Part shown: positions 39,905-43,527 of the stretch, piece after piece
Position numbering within the stretch: the first letter of the stretch is position 1
How the letters are laid out: every line of letters starts with the position of its first letter
Origin: Alphaproteobacteria bacterium
GTDB taxonomy: Bacteria; Pseudomonadota; Alphaproteobacteria; CADEGL01
Length of the DNA stretch: 43,527 nucleotides
Assembly (NCBI GenBank): GCA_041484095.1
Contig: JBGPGW010000002.1
Location: 1 to 43,527 of the forward strand
Direction of reading: 5' to 3'
Notes under the pieces: model-generated
The model's database searches: none
The model's input: only the letters and a program-made list of their open reading frames with translations
What the model was told of the DNA's origin: nothing
Program-made: the position numbers and the translations under genes

Positions 39905-41035
39905 GTGCCGGCAATCCGCAAGCCAACGGCGATCGAGGCCCGGGCGCTCAGCCGCCGCCTGCTCCGGTGGTATGACGGACATCGCCGGCGCTTGCCGTGG
40001 CGGGCCGAGCCCGGCGAGAGGGCCGAGCCCTACCGCGTCTGGCTGAGCGAGATCATGCTGCAGCAGACGACGGTCGCCGCGGTCAAACCGTATTTCGAAG
40101 CCTTCCTCGAGCGGTGGCCGAGCGTCGGTGATCTCGCCCGCGCCAACATCGACGAGGTCCTTACGCTGTGGCAGGGCCTCGGCTACTACGCGCGCGCGCG
40201 CAATCTCCATCGCTGTGCGGGCGTGCTCCGCGATCGCCATGGCGGGCGTCTGCCCGAAGGCGAAGCCGAGCTCCGAGCCCTGCCCGGAATCGGGCGCTAT
40301 TCGGCGGCGGCCATCGCGGCCATCGCGTTCGGCCGCCGCGCCGTCGTCGTCGACGGTAATGTCGAACGCGTGATCGCGCGGCTCTACGGCCTCAAGACGC
40401 CTTTGCCGAAGGCCAAGAAGGAAATCGGGATTCTCGCCGACCGCCTGACGCCCGCGCGGCGTCCGGGCGACTATGCGCAGGCGATCATGGATCTGGGCGC
40501 GACCGTCTGCACGCCGCGCCGGCCTTCCTGCGGGCTTTGCCCCTGGTCCGGATCATGCGCGGCCGAAGCATCGGGTGCGCCGGAGGCGCTGCCGCGCCGG
40601 GTGCGGAAGAAAGCGCGTCCCCTGCGGCGCGGCGTCGCATTCTGGGCGGCACGGAGCGACGGCGCGATTCTCTTGCGGCGGCGGCACGATGCCGGGCTCT
40701 TGGGCGGGATGATCGAGATCCCCTCGACCGCCTGGCACCTCGATGGCTGGACGCCCGAGGCGGCGCGCGCGTTCGCACCGCTCCCGGCGCGGTGGCGCGA
40801 TCTCGACGGAGTCGTCCGGTGCGGCTTCACGCATTTCGAGCTCGAACTCATCGTCCTCGCGGCGCGCGTGCCGAAGGGCCGCCGGGCGCCGCCCGGCATG
40901 TTCTGGTGGCCGCTCGATCGGCTCGGCGAGCAGGCGCTGCCGACCGTCATGAAGAAAATCGTCGCCCATGCCGGCCCGTCCACATTCGCGGGCGGAGCGC
41001 CGGTTAGGGCCGGCCCAGGCCGAGCGCCTCGATGA
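39905..41035 (+). CDS. mutY: A/G-specific adenine DNA glycosylase
   Basis: WQGLGYYARARNL (HhH-GPD), the 4Fe-4S loop CTPRRPSCGLCPWSGSC, and a C-terminal NUDIX-like domain. Confidence 0.92.
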   Translation: MPAIRKPTAIEARALSRRLLRWYDGHRRRLPWRAEPGERAEPYRVWLSEIMLQQTTVAAVKPYFEAFLERWPSVGDLARANIDEVLTLWQGLGYYARARNLHRCAGVLRDRHGGRLPEGEAELRALPGIGRYSAAAIAAIAFGRRAVVVDGNVERVIARLYGLKTPLPKAKKEIGILADRLTPARRPGDYAQAIMDLGATVCTPRRPSCGLCPWSGSCAAEASGAPEALPRRVRKKARPLRRGVAFWAARSDGAILLRRRHDAGLLGGMIEIPSTAWHLDGWTPEAARAFAPLPARWRDLDGVVRCGFTHFELELIVLAARVPKGRRAPPGMFWWPLDRLGEQALPTVMKKIVAHAGPSTFAGGAPVRAGPGRAPR

Positions 41036-42629
41036 GCTTGCCCTTGATGATCTTGCGCGAGGCGGTCATAGGCATCGCGTCGACGAATTCCAGACGCTCG
41101 GGCCAACGCATTTTCGCGATGCCCTGTTCCGCGAGGTATGCGCGCACATCGTCGAGGTTGAGGGTCTTGCCTGGCGCCATGAGCAGGACCAGGCAGGCGC
41201 GCTCGCCGAGGATCGGGTCAGGGGCGGGCACGATCGCCGATTGAAGGACGGCCGGGTGTGCGTTCATGGCGAGCTCGACATCGACGGGGTTGATCTTGAC
41301 CCCGCCGCGGATGATCACATCCTTGGCGCGGCCACAAATGGCGATATGGCCGTCCCGGTCCATGCGGGCGAGATCGCCCGTGCGGAACCAGCCGTCGGGA
41401 TAGCAGGTGCTGCGGGTTGCCTGCTCGTTGCCGTAGTAGCTCGAGATCTGGAACGGCCCCCTTGTCTCGAGATGGCCTTCTTTGCCGGGCGCAAGAGGCG
41501 TGCCGTCGTCATCGACGATGCGCGCTTCGTGACTTTTCCAGGCCGTGCCGACGGTGGAGAAGCGCAGGGGTGCCGGCACGTCCACGGCGTTCATGACGGG
41601 AACCAACACCTCGCTCATGCCCCAGATCTGATAGGCACTGCCGTTCGGGCAAGCCTCGTCGACGATGCGTACGGCTTCCTCCGGCGTGGGCGCGCCGCCA
41701 ATGAAACTGCGCTTCAAACTCGCGGTCACGTCCTGGCCCCAGAGCCCGGCTTTTTGTCCCAGGAAGACATGGACAGGCCCGCCGCAAAAAACAGTCGCGC
41801 GGGTCCGGCGGATGGTCTCGGCCAGGGCCGGGGGCGAATAGAAGGCCATGGTCGCGCTCGCCGCTCCGGCGGCAATGGTCGTGACCACGACCAGCAGGCC
41901 GAAGGCATGGGTGTAGGGAGGGGCGCACATCACGACATCGGAGGACGCGGTGACGATGTTATCGCGCATCGCGAGGCAGCCGGCCGACCACGTGCGGTGG
42001 GCGTGGACGATCGCCTTGGGCGCGGCCGAGGTGCCCGACGTGAAGGCGAGCACGGCCGGGTCGTCGGCGTCCGGCGGGTCGGGGATCGGCGCGATCGCGG
42101 CCGCAGCGAGCTGGGCGAAGGGGACGCTACCCGCGGGCGGTCTGTCGCCCAGGGCGATAACCGTCTCAAGCATCGGCAAGGCGCCCTGCAGCTCGCGCGT
42201 GACCGCACCGACATCGTAGCCTTCGATCCCCGAGAGGCAGACGATGCCCTTGGCTTGGCCGTGGGTCAGCAGCGGCTCCAGATCCTTCCTTCGGTATGGC
42301 ATGGGCAGCATGCAGGGCACCGCACCCAAGGTCTGGATGCCCAGGAAGACGGTCAGGAACTCGGGGCAGTTGGGAAGTTGCACGCCGATCACGTCGCCCC
42401 GCCGGAAGCCGAGGGCGCGAAGGCCCGAAGCAAACCGCTGGGCGGACTCATGAAGCTGGGCGTAGGTGAGGGTGCGATCGGGTCCGATGGCGGCCGGCGC
42501 ATCGGGCGTCCGCGCGGCCCAGTCCGCCACCCAACGGTGGGGCATGGCATCGGTCCACCAGCCGGCCGCGACATAACGTGCGGCCGTATTGGGTGGAGTG
42601 GTCAGGGCGGATTTAAGATGATGGGCCAT
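41004..42629 (-). CDS. AMP-dependent synthetase/ligase (acyl- or aryl-CoA ligase family). The substrate is unknown.
   Basis: AMP-binding motifs FTSGTSAAPKA, WFRTGDLARMDRDGHIAICGRAKDVIIRGGVKI and the C-terminal SRKIIKGKL. Confidence 0.88.
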   Translation of the reverse strand: MAHHLKSALTTPPNTAARYVAAGWWTDAMPHRWVADWAARTPDAPAAIGPDRTLTYAQLHESAQRFASGLRALGFRRGDVIGVQLPNCPEFLTVFLGIQTLGAVPCMLPMPYRRKDLEPLLTHGQAKGIVCLSGIEGYDVGAVTRELQGALPMLETVIALGDRPPAGSVPFAQLAAAAIAPIPDPPDADDPAVLAFTSGTSAAPKAIVHAHRTWSAGCLAMRDNIVTASSDVVMCAPPYTHAFGLLVVVTTIAAGAASATMAFYSPPALAETIRRTRATVFCGGPVHVFLGQKAGLWGQDVTASLKRSFIGGAPTPEEAVRIVDEACPNGSAYQIWGMSEVLVPVMNAVDVPAPLRFSTVGTAWKSHEARIVDDDGTPLAPGKEGHLETRGPFQISSYYGNEQATRSTCYPDGWFRTGDLARMDRDGHIAICGRAKDVIIRGGVKINPVDVELAMNAHPAVLQSAIVPAPDPILGERACLVLLMAPGKTLNLDDVRAYLAEQGIAKMRWPERLEFVDAMPMTASRKIIKGKLIEALGLGRP

Positions 42630-42833
42630 GAGCCGCCTCGTTGCCGTCTCCTCGACACGCAGAAGGCTAGCCGCAACCGCCCCCGGGGCCCAAGTGCAAT
42701 GTCATCGGGAGACACTCGTGGCCGCTCGATCGGCTCGGTGAGACCGTGTTGCAATGGACGGCCCGAACCCGAACAATGATACTGATCGGCACCTGAGTCC
42801 GAATAATATCGGTGAGCACAGCGGGAGGATGAG

Positions 42834-43433
42834 ATGGTGGAGCGCAGTTCCAGCAAGGCGGCCAATGCAGGCGACATCGCCACCCCGCTCGGGGTCAATC
42901 ATGTCGTGCTTAATGTGCGCGATATCGAAGAATCGCACCGATTCTGGACGGAGATCGTCGGCTTGAAGCAAGTCGGGGTGTTTCGCCCCCGCGCCGAAAT
43001 GGGGCCGATGCCCAAGATGCGCTTTTACGGTGGCGAACGCGACGGCAAGCTGTCCCATCACGACGTGGCGCTGGTCGAGAATCCGAACCTGCCGCCGCCG
43101 CCCGCGGAATGGGGGCCGTTCGGCGCGCCCCAGGCGATCAATCACATCGCGATTGCCATGCCCGACCGCGAATCCTGGATGAAGAAGCTGGCCGATTTGC
43201 AGGCACGAGGGGTCAAGTTTCATCTCCGCGTCAATCACGGGATGACACACAGCGTCTATATCAGCGACCCCAACGGCTATGGCGTCGAGCTGCTCTACGA
43301 ATTGCCGCGCGAGATGTGGGAGCGCGACATCGACGCGGGCTTGAACTATTTCGAGTTGTTGCCGACGGAGGGCGAGGAGGCGCTCCTGGACAATATCGAG
43401 GATGCGCCGCGCTTCGGTGCCGCCGCGGAGTAG
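42834..43433 (+). CDS. VOC-family (glyoxalase/bleomycin-resistance/extradiol dioxygenase fold) protein
   Basis: GVNHVVLNVRDIEESHRFWTEIVGL...INHIAIAMPD...HSVYISDPNGYGVELLYE. SD GGGAGGA lies upstream of the ATG. Confidence 0.82.
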   Translation: MVERSSSKAANAGDIATPLGVNHVVLNVRDIEESHRFWTEIVGLKQVGVFRPRAEMGPMPKMRFYGGERDGKLSHHDVALVENPNLPPPPAEWGPFGAPQAINHIAIAMPDRESWMKKLADLQARGVKFHLRVNHGMTHSVYISDPNGYGVELLYELPREMWERDIDAGLNYFELLPTEGEEALLDNIEDAPRFGAAAE

Positions 43434-43485
43434 CGCTGTCGCTAAGTTAGTTGGACGCCGCGCTTGGTGTAGCGGACGGACGTGA

Positions 43486-43527
43486 CTAGTTGAGCTCGGA
43501 GCGCAGGCGCGTGCGGAGGACGTCGAT
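43486..43527 (-). CDS. 3' end of an unidentified minus-strand gene running off the window
   Basis: An open minus-strand frame runs from the window edge (...IDVLRTRLRSELN) to a TAG at 43486-43488. Only 13 codons are visible. Confidence 0.25.
   Translation of the reverse strand: MDVLRTRLRSELN

Overview
The window is visibly GC-rich, with G/C dominating third codon positions. It reads as conserved chromosomal core from an alphaproteobacterium, probably Rhizobiales/Hyphomicrobiales-like. That call rests on gene content and order, not on any search. I support about 41 protein genes, one frameshifted gene, one riboswitch, and a few hairpin or promoter candidates.

Left to right the window contains:
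- uvrD, 5' end off-window
- two paralogous EamA/DMT transporters flanking a frameshifted acetoacetate-decarboxylase-family gene
- prmA, a long DUF1127 protein, aminopeptidase P and tldD
- a complete aa3 cytochrome c oxidase cluster: coxB-coxA-ctaB-(42-aa ORF)-ctaG-coxC-DUF983-surf1
- an M32 carboxypeptidase, thrC, an M16 peptidase and a GNAT acetyltransferase
- yqgE plus a small membrane protein
- a DsbD/ScsB-like reductase, a Prx5 peroxiredoxin, rnhA and thrB
- a CDGSH protein plus an orphan lipoprotein
- a tandem glycine riboswitch followed by gcvTHP
- the F0 ATP synthase operon atpI-B-E-F'-F
- smc, a DsbA-family protein, DUF721/DciA and mutY
- an AMP-dependent ligase and a VOC/glyoxalase protein

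I saw no tRNA or rRNA genes, CRISPR arrays, transposases, integrases or recognisable defence genes. I do not see a convincing novel multi-gene system here. The findings are modest local oddities:
- a frameshifted gene inside a DMT paralogue pair
- an atypically long DUF1127 protein with an AT-rich palindromic control region
- an unannotated micro-ORF in the cox cluster
- a G-quadruplex-type motif ahead of coxB
- a readable expression platform for the glycine riboswitch
- unknown-function gene pairs
- several overlap and coupling peculiarities

Most long ORFs in the six-frame track that overlap these genes are high-GC artefacts.
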